A stretch of DNA of 64,000 nt, taken from positions 8,494,001-8,558,000 of the forward strand of contig JAGIQG010000011.1 of the NCBI GenBank assembly GCA_024679065.1. Direction: 5' to 3'. The translations under genes were made by a program, and so were the position numbers. The notes under the pieces were generated by a model. It searched no databases. It was not told where the DNA came from and saw only the letters and a list, made by a program, of their open reading frames with translations. Shown in pieces: positions 25,954 to 39,269 of the stretch. Numbering within the stretch: the first letter of the stretch is position 1; every line of letters begins with the position of its first letter. This DNA is from Sphyrna mokarran. Taxonomy: Eukaryota.

Positions 25954-27590
25954 TGTGAGGGACTAGGACCTCAGTCCCCCTGTATTTTGTTTAATAAATA
26001 TATAGAGATATGCTCATTGCTACCTCTTTAAAAACTTCAAACTGGAAAACATCTAAAATGGCTGAATCAATGTCTGTCTGTGATCCCAAACAAAGTAAAC
26101 TCCCTGGCAGTATTGGGGAAACTCACATATCATTACTCCTGAAGAGCCAACCTCTATAACATACAAAGATAAAATTCAAAAGAGCTTTACAAAGGTCATC
26201 TGCTTTTCATAATCCTGGCTGGCCAACAAGAGTCTGCTTACCTGCTAAGATAAAGGGCTGCAAACTTTCTTTCAGTTCTTAATGGTTGAGACATTTATCA
26301 ATCACAGACAACCAAATGAGAAATATATGTCCTTGTCAAAGACAGCATGCAGAAATGAGAGTCACGTAACATGGACCTCTGACTTGCAGAACCAATAATA
26401 TCACCTTGTTGAACTGCAAAATCTCAGCCTGTTTTTTTTTTTGCCATCTGTCTAATAGTGTCACAGATAGGGAGATCTGGTCCAGGTTGGAACTTGGCCT
26501 CTGTCTACACTCCTTCTACTGGAGATTCTGTACCACAAGACTTGTTTAACTCTGCATGCTTATCTCATCGTGTGAAGCCAACACCACTGGAAAAGTGAAT
26601 TACCCAGCATCGGTTTTCTGTTGTCAACTTCCATGAATGAATACCTCATTCAAATTTAAATTTACACTCTAGAATTTTCCCAAGATTGGCAAGTGTCAGA
26701 TCTCGACTGAAAACTGGCATGTTTATCCGCAGAGAAACATAGCTTTTCTATCCAAATTCTCCCATATGTTATCATTTCAAATCAGAGGGGCATGTTTTGC
26801 AGCATCATTACTAAGGGTGACTCATAAATATGCAGATAAGCCTAGTTCCACAAAAAGGTCCCCCAATCTCTAAGTCATGTAAAAAGCTCCCTCCCCCTCC
26901 TCACTCATTAGCCCCCCCCCTACCCCCTAGTCATCAACATTAGGTCTTTGGGTCATCAGCTCCTGGACTTCCCCAGTTGCCTCTGGCACAGTCATCATAT
27001 CTGGTCTCCATTTTTGGAAATCAGTAGTGATTCCCACCAACATTGCATCATACTGATGGGTGGAAACGCGGTGCTCCCACAAGATTCAGTGTTAAGCCAG
27101 TTTTGAATATTCAAACATATTTAAATGAATGGTGATCAGACTCATGCTCTCACTGGGGTGAACCTGATGATGTCACAGTGGGCGAGTGTGTGCATGGAGA
27201 AAATCACATTCTGAAATCTTCCTGGCCCAAATCCCATTATGGTCCTTTCATATAAGTTTCTGACCATCCAAGATTTGTGCTTGTGTCAAATGTTGCTAGA
27301 ATATCACTCCCAATATTTCTTTTCACTATGGCCTTTGCACTGTAAATATTTATTTTCTCTTTTTTAACTGTATGAATATAAGTGAATAAATATTGCGGCA
27401 CCTGCCCGCCCCCCCGAATCCTGAGCATGTGCAAATAAATTAACCCCTTGAGTTCATCCTATCTCAAGTTTGCTTGTGGGGTTGTTGTTCGAAAATTGGA
27501 TCATGGCAAAACTGGGGTATTGAGGAATACACCACCATTTATAAAGGGGGAAACAAATTAAAACACCTTTCTGTGTGCAGATGGGTGGTG
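25954..27590 (+). mobile_element. Possible solo LTR remnant interrupted by a MITE
   Basis: Begins tgtgag; LTR-like 3' part (aataaattaaccccttgag..ggggaaacaaattaaaac); boundaries uncertain. Confidence 0.3.
26668..27208. mobile_element. Harbinger-type MITE
   Basis: Ends agaattttccc.. and ..ggagaaaatc; internal C-runs; similar to the 2060-2788 family. Confidence 0.55.
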
Positions 27591-29854
27591 AGAGAAAAAA
27601 TTAATGCTGTTTAAATGCATCCTATTCACTTCAATTATTTTTTGTGCTGGTGACTTCGTCTTGTTGTAATATGCTTTTTAAAAATGACATCATTAGAAAG
27701 GAAGTGTGTTATGCAATTGAGTTTTAGTTTCACTTTTGCTTTTAGCAGAGCACTGAAATCAGTTCAACTGACATGTCTTTAAGCCCCATACCTATGTATA
27801 CCTGTTCTCATGTGCCTAGTGTGAATAAGTGAATCCATAACTTGTTACTCAATCCCTTATGCACTCTTGGCAAGGGTAAAGAGATCCTATTGGATTTATT
27901 AATGACTATATTGTATTTGTAGCCCCTAGATATAATCTTATTTGCAAGTGAAGATGGCTCTTTTAGCCACTGTGATTTATAGCAGTTTGATTGGTGGTAG
28001 CTCAGAAGCTGCCAACCAGCCTGTTTCCATAAATGTGTTGGTCATTTAAATATTTTAATTACAGCTGCATGTCTAGATGTCATCACAATTCCAAGTTTAA
28101 CCCTAACTGACCAGGATTTCCAATATTTGCAGTTCCCAAGAACCTTCTTCATCTCTCATAATGGAAGACCCATCCTCAACACCTTTCAGATCGAACACCC
28201 ATGATCACTACTGGCAATCTGCAGTCAACCTCTCATGAACAGAGCATGTTACAAAGGCTGATTTTCTTTTTGAGGGGCGCATGCTACTTGCCCTTCTAGA
28301 AGCAGCGACTGCTATTAACATGCTGAGGGTCGACTTCCACTCTTCTGTGGAAGGAAGCCCCACTGCATGAGAGCAACTGGAGGAGGGGTTACTCCCTGTT
28401 TGATCAGAGCACTTCCCATTTATTTGGAAAACAGTCTCCCCACCCTTCCTTACCTTCCACTATTACAGCATTGGAAGTAAATTGAGGCCCTTACTCGCCA
28501 CTTAATTGAGCAATAAATGGCCTCAATAGGCCTAAGAGCAGGCAGCCTAGTGGGCCTAGTGCCTATCCCCAGCTTTAAACTTCCACAAAATTGCTAATCT
28601 CCCTCATACTGCTCTTCACAATCATTAACCTCTCTATCCCTTCCCACAATCTCTGCCTTTAATATCTCTCTGAACAGACAAGTCACTTTATTAAAATTCT
28701 ACAGCATTTGGGAAAACCTACATAAGAACGCCCTCTTTATCTCCGAGCTGGGAAATTCTTGTCTGTGTGTCTGTAGGATTGATTAGTAGTTCATTTTATA
28801 TTCCTTGTTAATCTTGTTTTCTAACTCTTCTTTGCCTTCATAATTTTTTCCTGACCTTTTCTTTAATTTCATATTTTTCTTTGCCTTTCTTGTCTTTATT
28901 ATTTACATACTTAGCATATGCCTTTCTCTTTTCTTTCACTGTCATTCTTATCTCTATTTGTCCATAGTGGTTCATTATTGACTGGATTTTTTTGTATTTT
29001 TTTTTTAAGCAGGATATATTTCTCCTAATCTCTACTGATCACCTTTCAAGTATTTGCCAGTGTTGTTCTATCTCTTAGTTTATCAAGGATTTTTTTGCAT
29101 TTAACCTCTCCAAGATTCTTGAAATTTTCATCCCTGATTGAGAAATGGGGACAACTGAAAGCTACCCATACCCTGTCTATGCATTTGACCACCTGGCTTC
29201 CCTGCCAGTGGCTCCCTTCCTACAAGCCTCATTCTGTCCCATTTGATCCTGAGGTCATCCCTGGTGAAAACTTTGATGCATTATTGGCAAGTCACCTCTC
29301 TTGGTGTCATTGCCAGCAAAGGAAAGCTTCTTTCCCTTGATTGGGCATCATTTCTCAGGGTGGGATTTCTATCCAACTAGGACCTTGATCACCTGGGAGG
29401 TTTGAGACAGACCAGCCAATTACACTGAAATGGCATCAGGCCTTTCAGAAAAGTGTAACAGGCCTCCCTCAGTTCTCCAACCTGTGGAGAGGGCCCCATT
29501 CATACAGACCAAATTCTGTCCATCGTTTGTTGAAATAATAGCTGTTTATTCAATTTTAGTAAAGCAAATGTGTCTCAGGTATGTTTCTCCTAAAGATGGA
29601 TTCAAAAATTGACTAATTTGGACAAAGGCACTGACATAATTAAGGACAGTCAAAACTCATTTCCTTCGATGTATTACTTGTGGAAAATATATGCATACTA
29701 AATTTTTGAAGCATCTGACTGTAAGTCTCTAATTTAGCCATTACTCAATTTCTTGGGTGGCTGAGATTTCAGTTGTCAGTTGAGCCACAAGTTGAAACCA
29801 GTTCTGAAGCAAGGTAGCCATACTCAACCAAGCAGACTTTTGCATAGTTCTTCA

Positions 29855-31545
29855 CACTAACATCTGGAAAGTTGTAACAAAATTGGGAGAATAATCCAAC
29901 AAACAAGACAAGTAATAGCCTCACATAGAAATACTCAAATAATCACACTGAGGTACCAAAGTTCTGGAATGCACTATGATCACCCTTGAATATGCTCTGT
30001 CCCCACAACAGGACAGACCAATTAGAGATGGTGGTATAATTTTATACAGCTGAGAATAAGTGGCCTTGGGAATCCTCAACATTGAGATGGGATCCAAGTG
30101 AAGTCTCATGCCATCAGGTCTAACATGGGTAAAGAAACATCTGCTGATTATCACCTACTGTCCTCCATGGGGGTTGGTTAGTTCAGTTAGCTGGACGGCT
30201 GGTTTATGATGCAGAGCGAAGCCCAACATCGTGGGTTCAATTCCTATTCCGGTTCAGGTTATTCATGAAGTTCTCGTCTTCTCAACCTTGCCCCTTGTCT
30301 GAGATGTGGTGACCCCAGGTTAAATCACCACCACTCAGCTCTCTCAAAAGGAAGAATAGTCCTCTAGGATTACTTGTGACAGTTCATTTTCACCACCCTG
30401 CTGCTATGATGGATCAGTACTCCTCCATATTCAACACCACTTAGAAGAAGCACTGAGAACAGTAAAGAGACAGAATGTATTCTGTGGGACATTTCAACAT
30501 TCATTGCCAGGAATGGCTCAGTGATAGCAATAACTAGTCAAGTTCTGAAAGACATAGTTGCCTTCAGTAATAACTACACTAGTTTTGTGGAGACAAAATC
30601 CCACTGTGTGGGAAAATCACTCTGAAGACAACTTCCACTGGCACTTTCACTGTGCTAAAGAATAGAAACTGTATGAACTATCAATGGTAATAAAATTTTA
30701 TTCCACCTGATGGCCCAGCAGATCATTTGCTCTACCATTAACAATTGGCCAAGTGACCAACTCTAGTTCAATGAGGAGAATACCAGCGAGCAGCGTTAGT
30801 GTACCCAAAAATGAAGTGCCAACCTTGGTGAAGCTACAACACAGAACTACACGGTAAACAGTGTGCTATAGACAGCATGCTATAATCTGAACGAAGCAAT
30901 CTCACAATCGATGTTCAGATTTGAACTCTGCAATCTTGTTATATTCAGTCATGAATGGTAGTGGATAATTAAAAAAAAACTAATGGAAGGTGGTTCTCTG
31001 AATATTCCATTCTCAAAAATGGTAGAGGTGTTAAAAATAAGCTTGCAATGTTTGCAGTCATCTTCAACCGTAAGTGTCGAGTGGATGATCTATCTCAGCT
31101 TTCTCCTGAGGAAGTACACAAGTACCTACAATGATAGTCTCCAACAGGAGAGAGTTCAGCTACGTGCCCTTGACATTCAGTGATATTATTATTATTAAAT
31201 CCTTCACTATCCTGGCAGGGTCGCCATTGACCACAAGCTTACAATTCTGCTGCTGTGGATCAGACCAGAGATTTGGAATTCTGATATGATTAACTCATTT
31301 CTTGACTCCCCAAAGCCATTCCACTATCAGTTTGATGCATGTCAGGATTTTGATGTAATATTCTCAATCAGGACAGCTCCAAAAACGTTTAAGAAACTCG
31401 ATACCATCTAGATTAAACCAACTCACTTGATCGGCAATCCATCCATCAGCTTAAACATTTATTTTCTTCCCCAACAGTTCACAGTGGCTATAACATGTCT
31501 CATTAACAAGATGCAGTGGAATAACATTTTCCATAGCATCTCAAT
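29855..31545 (+). mobile_element. L2/CR1-group LINE ORF2 remnant (APE endonuclease onward, internally deleted)
   Basis: QDRP..GG, VALGILNI, LLIITYCPP and HHLEEAL..NV..F segments resembling an APE domain. Confidence 0.8.
30170..30385 (+). mobile_element. tRNA-derived SINE inserted in the LINE endonuclease region
   Basis: A box tagttcagttag, B box gggttcaattcc; LINE sequence resumes after it. Confidence 0.82.
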
Positions 31546-31998
31546 TATAAAGTTGGCATTTTTTTTGTGAATCCAACAATGTGAAGAATCTCTCTGTCAC
31601 TTGACACAGTGAGATTGGCAACTGCTGACCATGTTCTCTATTCAGAATATTCTTCAGCTTCCATGTACTATCACCATATTTAGAAGCATTCAGAAATGTC
31701 ATTCATATACATTATTAATTTTATGACATTCCACAATCATGGATACAGATGAAAGCTAATATCATAATCAGAAAGATGTACAAATACTACTGATTATTTA
31801 AGTCATAAAATGGACTTCACCCAATTCAGAAGCTGAAATGAGAAAGCTGATTTGGAAAGAGATTTGAACTTGCTTTTAAAATTATTTTTACTCTGCTGCT
31901 CGCTGCTTTAGGATTGTGCCGATTGTAACTGTACCTTGTAACTAGGTAAACTTCAGGTTCAATTCCTAATCAATGATATAACTATGTCAAGTTTGAAG

Positions 31999-32335
31999 TC
32001 ATGTTGCCAACTCTGATTCAATGTATCCTAAAGGTTTCACCATATGACTTGCCCTTTGCTCCAGCCATTATTCAGCCAATACATCCATCCCATGCCAGCT
32101 GGGAAGCAAAAAGACTTATTACCCAATTGGATGATGCTTGACTGTCAGCCAAACAGTCTTCTCATTTCACATTTTCAATATTTTTATCTGGTAAAGGAAA
32201 ATGTCCAAAGAAAATGACAAGAAAAATTGTTTTCAACGGTCCATTGATTTTTCTTGTGGGGGCCACATGGGAAGTTTCTTAGAGATTGATCCTCAATTCC
32301 TGTATCTCCAGACCAATCCCCCTAGTTTGTAATAT
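31999..32335. mobile_element. Possible hAT-type MITE, decayed
   Basis: gttgccaactctg at the left end; ctccagaccaatcc..gtttgtaa at the right end. Confidence 0.4.
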
Positions 32336-32611
32336 CATAAGGGAATATCAAGGTGGCTACTTCAGAGCATAGATCCCACACTTCTGAGTGGATTGGCCCA
32401 TTGTCATCACGGGTGCTTGGCTGTTGATTGGTCTGTTGTTTTTATGGGGGTATTTGGTTGTGAATTGGCATTTTAAGGAAAAAGATGTAACAGAAGGTAT
32501 ATTTGCAACCATTTACATATTAAACACAGAATGTTGAATAGACAAAGTAATTTGTAAAAAAAAAAGGGATGATTTCTTGATGGTCTCACACTTTCCCCTC
32601 AAAATAAATAT

Positions 32612-32822
32612 TGCTTGAGATTCTCCAGCCTCCCAGGTGCATGTTTCCTGCTGACAGGAGTGGTGCATTGGTTACGAATGGTGACATTCTCTGGTCCCAT
32701 TACTGTCAATGGGAATTCCTATTGATGTTGCCCCAATCTGGCAGGAAACCTGTAGATGGGAGTGCACTGCTAGCGGGCCAGGAGAATTCTGTAGGGGGTG
32801 TGAGCAACCAGAAATTCCAGAT
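32612..32822. mobile_element. Palindromic Harbinger-type MITE
   Basis: gattctcc..ggagaattc ends; central near-palindrome tcaatgggaattcctattga. Confidence 0.6.
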
Positions 32823-33164
32823 TTCATGTCTACAATTATCCACGTAAGTCTTTCCTAACAGTAAAGCAACATTTATCCCAGTGGGTGTTATACCAGAATA
32901 CAATTAATGTAACAAATTGCAAGGGATCCAGTAACAACTGGCTAGGCAATCACAAATATCAAGGCAGTGAAGTAACCTTCAACATTGTCAGTATTTATTT
33001 CATTGCATATATATATGCAATATTTTATACATATATATATACACACACACGATACAAATCAAGAACGGTTTCAATTTTTAGAAAAAATTGTAAGTTGTAC
33101 TTTCTGTTCCTGCAACCCTTCAAAATTAACTGTTCTCACACAAGAGAATTATGATTCCTGTTTG

Positions 33165-33465
33165 ACGAGGAGATGGGTTCAAATCCCATCATGGTAGCTG
33201 GTGGAATTTAAATTCAATTGAGAAATAGGGAATATAAAACTAGTCTCAGTAGTGATGATCATTGTATTATCAGCAATTGTTATTAAAAACACTAATGTCC
33301 TTTAGGGAAGGTAATCAGCCATCCTTATCTGATCAGGCCTACATGTGACTCCAGATCCATAGAAATATAGCTATTTTCTGAAATGGCCAAGTAAGATACT
33401 TAGTTCAAAGACAATTAGGAATGGGCAACAAATGCTGGCCTGCCAATGTCCCCTGAAAGAATTTT
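33165..33465 (+). mobile_element. SINE with LINE-derived tail (related copies near 34130-34345 and 37135-37318)
   Basis: B box gggttcaaatccc; actaatgtcctttagggaagg..ggcctacatgtgactccaga..gggcaacaaatgctggcc. Confidence 0.7.
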
Positions 33466-36400
33466 TAAAATCCTATTTGTCTATATACTTATAAAGAAAT
33501 ATACAAAAAGAATACCAACAAAACACAATCATTAACCTATATTTACATTGAAGCAAATATTCACCATATTGTTACTGAATAGAGTTTTCTAAGGAAGCAC
33601 ACTTATTCCTGAAAAGTTAATTATCCTGCACCTCCAAATCATTTTACAAACTTGGATGATTCTCCAGAACATTTTCATTGATATTTTTGAACAAAGAACA
33701 CTGTCCAACCATTATGTGAGTTTCTTTGTGTGCATTATCATACTGTCGGTTTCTGTTGACAAATTCCCATGTGAAACAAAATTCTGTGGATGTGTATAAC
33801 CCTCCTAGGATGCTGCTGTTTTACAGTGCTGTTGTTTATCACTGGATTGGCTGATGGAACTGTTGTGGCTGCACAAAATGTTGGACTGCACTGCTCTATC
33901 TCTGGCCATGTTCTTACTTTACTTCATATATCAGTCTTGCTTTGTCCTTTTGCAAGATGACCTGATAAATTACATCCTGTCAGTATGACTGCAGTTTGCT
34001 ATGACACAGGAAGAATGATGATTTTGCTTGATTCTCTATTTCTAGACTATGCAAAGCATTGTAGTCTTCCTAACATTTTATTTTTTGCCTCTTGCAGATA
34101 ATTTAACTATGATATTGTGCACCTCAATAAAAAGTTTAACGATGACCATGAAACCATTGTCGATTGTTGTAAAATCCCATCTGGTTCACTCATGTTCTTT
34201 AGAAAAGGAAATTTGCAGTCCTTACCTTGCCTAGCCTATATGATTCCAGACCCACAACAATGTGGTTGGCTCTAAATTGTTCTTTGAAATAGCCGAGCAA
34301 ACCACTTAGTTCAAGGGTAACAGGGGTAAGCAACACATTGATTAGGACATTTCTTGGACAAGAACCTCCTATAGGTCCGGTGTGTGGTGCCTCTTCATGA
34401 TGGTGATCTCTGTTCTATCTGCTCTCAACACTACAATCTCAGATACTAGAGAGTCCTTGTATGATTTTCTTTTCCTTGATTTTTTTTTTGTTCCTCTTCA
34501 CTATACTTTGTTTCTTGGACCTCATGGATCATAGGACTCTTTGCTACTTGCAATGTCTCATGTCACTCTGATTTGCAAATAGCTGCAGCATTCAGCTTCT
34601 CAAACAGTACTTGTCTTGGTGTTCTGGGACTTTCTAAATAGAGTTGCAGTCAACTGATTAACCTAAAGCCCTGTCATGAGAGCATGTGAAAATATGCTTC
34701 ATACAAGAGTGAGATCCTACTTAAGCTTAGCTCCTATCTGTCCTGACATCTTGAAGTCTAATCAAGAAATTTGGATTAAGTTTACTTGGGCCTTGGCTAG
34801 CTGAGGAGAAATAGATGAAGGTTTTTCTTCTACTTCCCCAGATGGTTTCAGCTTTGATTCTGCCAAATAAACCAATTCTTGAAAAGTAGCAACCCCTGAT
34901 CTTTACTTTTCTTAATGTTTTCTCTGCTCAGATGGTACATGATTCTCAAGTGATCTATCTATACTCTGTTTCATCACTATCAGGTAACTCAATGTTCTGA
35001 CATTATTGAAGCAATTCCTTTGGCACTATATGATTTACCAGATCATAATGACTTGTTGTTTGATCTCTAAAAGTGAATCAGCTGTAGCAGACTGGTCTGT
35101 CGTCTCTGTGGGAATTTTTGGTTGTGCATGTTAAATAAGCAAAGTGATATATAAAGAAAAAGGTGATTGCTTAGGGATCTCACAAAGGATGGTAAGAGGT
35201 TTGGTGAACACAAACTGCATTATAATAGAACAAAGTTGAGAAATCAGAGGGAATATGTGGGGGAAATGCATGATATCTCTAAACTTCTTCAACTTGCTTG
35301 TTTGAATGGTCACTATAAATAATGGAGTTGAAATCACGTCATATGGTCATCATCTTACCCACTGATGCTAATTCTATGGAAAACTAATGCATTCAACTCA
35401 CCAACCTTGTTTACTTCATTCCAGGCATTTATACACATGCGTTTAAATCCATCTTAGGCTGCCTTGTATTTCCCCCAGCTGTTCTCTCTGATTACTCAAC
35501 TTTATTTTATCTCCCTTAAGGTCTCCAACACGAGTGCCCATGACAATGATAGCTCCTCAGAGGAGTTCCTTTTCTGACAGTTCACCATTGCAGGATTTAA
35601 TACATTATAACAGGGGCAACACTTAAAAGTAATTGGCTGTAAGTCCTTTGAACCATCGTCAGGTAGTGAAAGATGAATGAAAATCTCTCTTTTCAAGGAA
35701 CAGGACAGTTCAGATACTCTTGTTTCTGTAAGACAAGCTAAAGAAATATCTACGTTTCCACATGGTGACTTATGCTTCACAAGTGAACAAGACCAGACGA
35801 TAAAATCAGGGACAGCAATGGAGATTCTGCATTGAATGACAAAGTGCTCTCCAAGCTCTGCTCAGCTGCACACAAATGCTGTGCTTCAGAGGCTATGTAC
35901 AAAGAACACACCTTTTGAGCAACAGCAGAAAATATCTCTTGAGAGATATTCCAATCACGTAGTGTACACTTGTACAGAGATTGAAGAAGCCCATCTCAAA
36001 GCATGATGTTGCAACACTTCTGCTAAGTCTTCATCCATGGAAAAGTGACCAACTGCATGGTGCATTAAATCACATGAGTGCATACACAATGATTTTCACA
36101 CTCTGAATTCTACCATAAATAGAATGAGTGATGCTTTAGTCTTGGCCTGTCAATGCCCATTGATATGCAACTAGGTGTTCTGCAGTAGATTGCTAGCAGG
36201 GAAATATAACCAGGCGATGAGAAGGATGATGGTGGTGGGAAACATGGAAGTGGGGACTCCATTCAAAGCACTTCCGCCACTCATTCAGTCCTCCCCCTAC
36301 CACCGCTGCCACCTCACCCCTCTCCACCACTCCCTGCACCCCCATATGGTGTCTTTTAACCACAAGTGCAGATGGATCAGTCTTTGGCAGGCCTTCACAG

Positions 36401-36619
36401 GGTCCAAATCTCTTATGTGTGGGAGCAAAAGCAATTTAACAGCCAAAGGATGTAAGTAGCCTGCTTCTGCTGTGTAGCAGCAAACTGTTCTACAATGTTT
36501 GAATGTTAAGGTTCTATTTCTATTTGAGACACATAAATATCATTGATTTCTAGTATCTATAAAAGATGAGTGACTACCAAGCAGATTAATGAAGGAATGG
36601 TTTATTAAGATGAATACCA

Positions 36620-36845
36620 TTATTTATTTATTAGTCACAAATAAGGCTTGCATTAACACTGCAATGAAGTTACTGTGAAATTCCTCTAGTCACCCCACTA
36701 GGCTCCTGTTCAGATCAAACCAGAGCACCTAGAGGAAACCTATACAGATACAGAAAGAACATGCAAACTCCACACAGGCAATGACCCTGTGGGAATCTTG
36801 GTGCAGTGAGGCAGCAGTGCTAACTGCTGTACCATCTTGCCACCC
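36620..36845 (-). mobile_element. V-SINE (same subfamily as 5662-5947)
   Basis: ttatttattagtcacaa..gcaatgaagttactgtgaaatt..gcaaactccacac..gaggcagcagtgcta. Confidence 0.88.
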
Positions 36846-37321
36846 AACTGAGAGTGATATAAAGATTCAATCCTTGATTTGACTCCAAATTCCTCACTGA
36901 CAAGCAACATCTAGGATTCACTTGCTCTGGCCTGACTGGCCAAATGAGTCACATAACCCTCTCAGAGCTTACCCGTAAAAAGCCCCACAAGACCAGTTCC
37001 CTACTTTTTCAATGTGGCTACATATAGAAAATATATTTAAGCAGTGAATTGTTGTGACTTGAAATGCACTGTCCAGAGGGAGGCTTGAAGCAGAGTCAGT
37101 AATAACTATTAAAAGGAAATAGGATAAATAGTTAACCACAAGCTTACTAATTCCTTAGGGGAACAAAGCTTCCATCATCACCTGCTCATGTCTATAGCTG
37201 TAATGTGGTCCAGCTCCACTGAACTTCTCTCCATAATGGCCTAGCAAGTCATCCAGTTGTTAAGAAAATGGTTTACCAATAAATATTGGCCTTGTCAGCA
37301 ACACCTGGATCCTATGATTGA

Positions 37322-38499
37322 GCGCCCGATTTTACCATTTTCATTCTAAGTGCTGAATCTGGGCGCAATTCAGATCAATTTGGAAATCTGTTTTCAGGCA
37401 CCCCTGTACACACTTAGCCTGAAAAAAAATTGCAGATCTGAATTGCACCCAAAACAATCAGAGCTTTGAACTGCGCATGTACGGTTAGAAAAAAGAATTT
37501 GAAAATCGCAATGCCATAGCATCATTCCCAGATCACAGAAGCGAATAAAGCAGCCCAAGAGTGATAGCCCTCATAGACATCATACCCAGCCCGTCAATAT
37601 AACTGTTCCCCTTACCCAACACACCACCACTCTCCTGCTACCCCGACCAATCATGACTCTCTGCCCCCTCCCCCCCCCCCCCCCCCCCCCCAATGATCGC
37701 TCATAGAGTGGCAGCAGACCCCTGCCCCTTTCTCCCTGATTCCCTCACCAGAGATCCATCTGGCCTCCCCCACCCTCCAAGAATGATCAGACCTCCCCAA
37801 CTCTCCCCTGCAGAGAATGATCAGGCCTCCCGCACCCAATCCCATCCCACCAGACAACGATCTGACCTCCCTCCTCCTTCGCTCTGACCAGAGATATAGC
37901 TGACCTATTTCCTCCTTCCTTCCCTCCACCAGAGAATGATCTGACCTTCCTCCTCCTCCTCCCTCCCCCCCCCCCGACAACAAGGTGCCCTGTTCCCCTC
38001 CTCCCTCCCCCTCCATCCCCACTTCCATCAGACAATGATCTGGCCTCCCTCCCCTTTCCACCAGAGATACATCTGACCAAATTCACCCCCCCAACCAGAA
38101 AATGATCAGGCCTCCCTTCTCCCGCACCCATCCCTGCCCCACCAGAGAATGATCAGGTCGGCCTCCTTCCCTTTCCATACCACCGATCTGAGTCAGAGAG
38201 CCCCTGGAAGCTCTGAACTTACCTCTTCAGCAGCTCGATTGCCCAAAACAGACCTTTGCCAAGCATGTCTGTTTCGCGTCAAATCTGGACACAGGAATGC
38301 AATGCTAAAGGGGGAAATGCTGATTAAGTTGGGCGGACAGTTCATTAATTCAATTTAAATGCATGTTTCGGGTGTGAATCAGATTGCGGCCATTTTTAGG
38401 CCTTGGTCAAGTGGGCATTTACGTGAGCGGGGATCGTGTTAATGGCCTCAAGCCTGACTTTACCACATTCAGGCACGATGCAATGGTAAAATTGGGTCC
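37322..38499. mobile_element. Non-autonomous Harbinger element with TIRs and TGA TSD
   Basis: gcgcccgattttaccatt / aatggtaaaattgggtcc; tga at 37319-37321 and 38500-38502. Confidence 0.82.
37690..38190 (+). repeat. C-rich minisatellite (about 35-55-bp units, core ccaccagagaatgatcwgrcctccc) inside the MITE
   Basis: Roughly ten degenerate copies of cagagaatgatc..cctccc. Confidence 0.8.
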
Positions 38500-38669
38500 T
38501 GAACAAAACAACCTTTGAAATGAAAATGTCCTTGGAAATGGGAAAAGTGATACCAATTGGTTCACTATTTCAAAGATACAATTATATTGGGCCAAATGGC
38601 CTTTTTCTGTTTTTTATCATTTTGTGATTCTGTAAGTTTGCATTGACAAATTCTGTGACTTCTGAACAA

Positions 38670-38926
38670 GATGTAAAGATGCCGGCGTTGGATTGGAGTG
38701 GTAAGAACTCAGTAAGAATTTAGCAACACCAATTATTAATCCAACCGATTTATTTGATAGTAAAATAGCGAGCTTTCAACACTCCCGTGTCTTCATCAGG
38801 CAAGTGCAGTGTTCTTGCCTGAACACTGCACTTGCCTGATGAAGACACGGGAGTGTTGAAAGCTCGCTATTTTACTATCAAATAAATCGGTTGGATTAAT
38901 AATTGGTGTTGCTAAATTCTTACTGA
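38670..38926. mobile_element. Penelope-like pLTR insertion with perfect 106-bp fold-back and 14-bp TSD
   Basis: Arms 38709-38814 and 38821-38926 are exact reverse complements, loop ttgcct; tgacttctgaacaa at 38656-38669 and 38924-38937. Confidence 0.92.
38831..38869 (+). ncRNA. Minimal type I hammerhead ribozyme motif (identical minus-strand copy at 38766-38804)
   Basis: gc-CTGATGA-a-gacac(ggga)gtgtt-GAAA-gctc-gc: core boxes, 5-bp stem II with GNRA loop, palindromic AGCT stem III. Confidence 0.7.
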
Positions 38927-39269
38927 CTTCTGAACAATACATGAGTTTGATTATTCAAGGACAGGGTAGGTCGTGGTGTTGATGTTGTTATAGTGGAATA
39001 ATTTATTGGTACTCATTACTCAGTACCTACGGTCACAAATGAACAATGGAGCAGGCGTTCTGGCACCTTTGGAGTCCTACTTCAGTGACCTTTCAGTACA
39101 TTTAGAGTAAAATTGGCAAGGACGAAAGAAGAATGACTGTTTTTCTGCCTGGGTTATACATATATCAGGAAGTACATCCATATATCCACAGAGTACATTA
39201 TTTAATCTCATCAGGTGAAGAGGAGAAACATTTGCAAAAAGAGTTGTTTATACAAATGGAGAAAACAAT

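Noticed and set aside
30170-30255. Possible tRNA gene
   Set aside because: A/B boxes belong to a SINE head with a second copy near 24808-24990; no convincing cloverleaf
33005-33050. (TA)n/(CA)n tract and overlapping ORFs
   Set aside because: Ordinary degenerate microsatellite
37651-38131. Gly-rich and Pro-rich ORFs
   Set aside because: Translations of the C-rich minisatellite inside a MITE
37690-38190. Repeat-spacer pattern resembling a CRISPR array
   Set aside because: Eukaryotic context, degenerate units, low-complexity non-unique spacers, no cas genes
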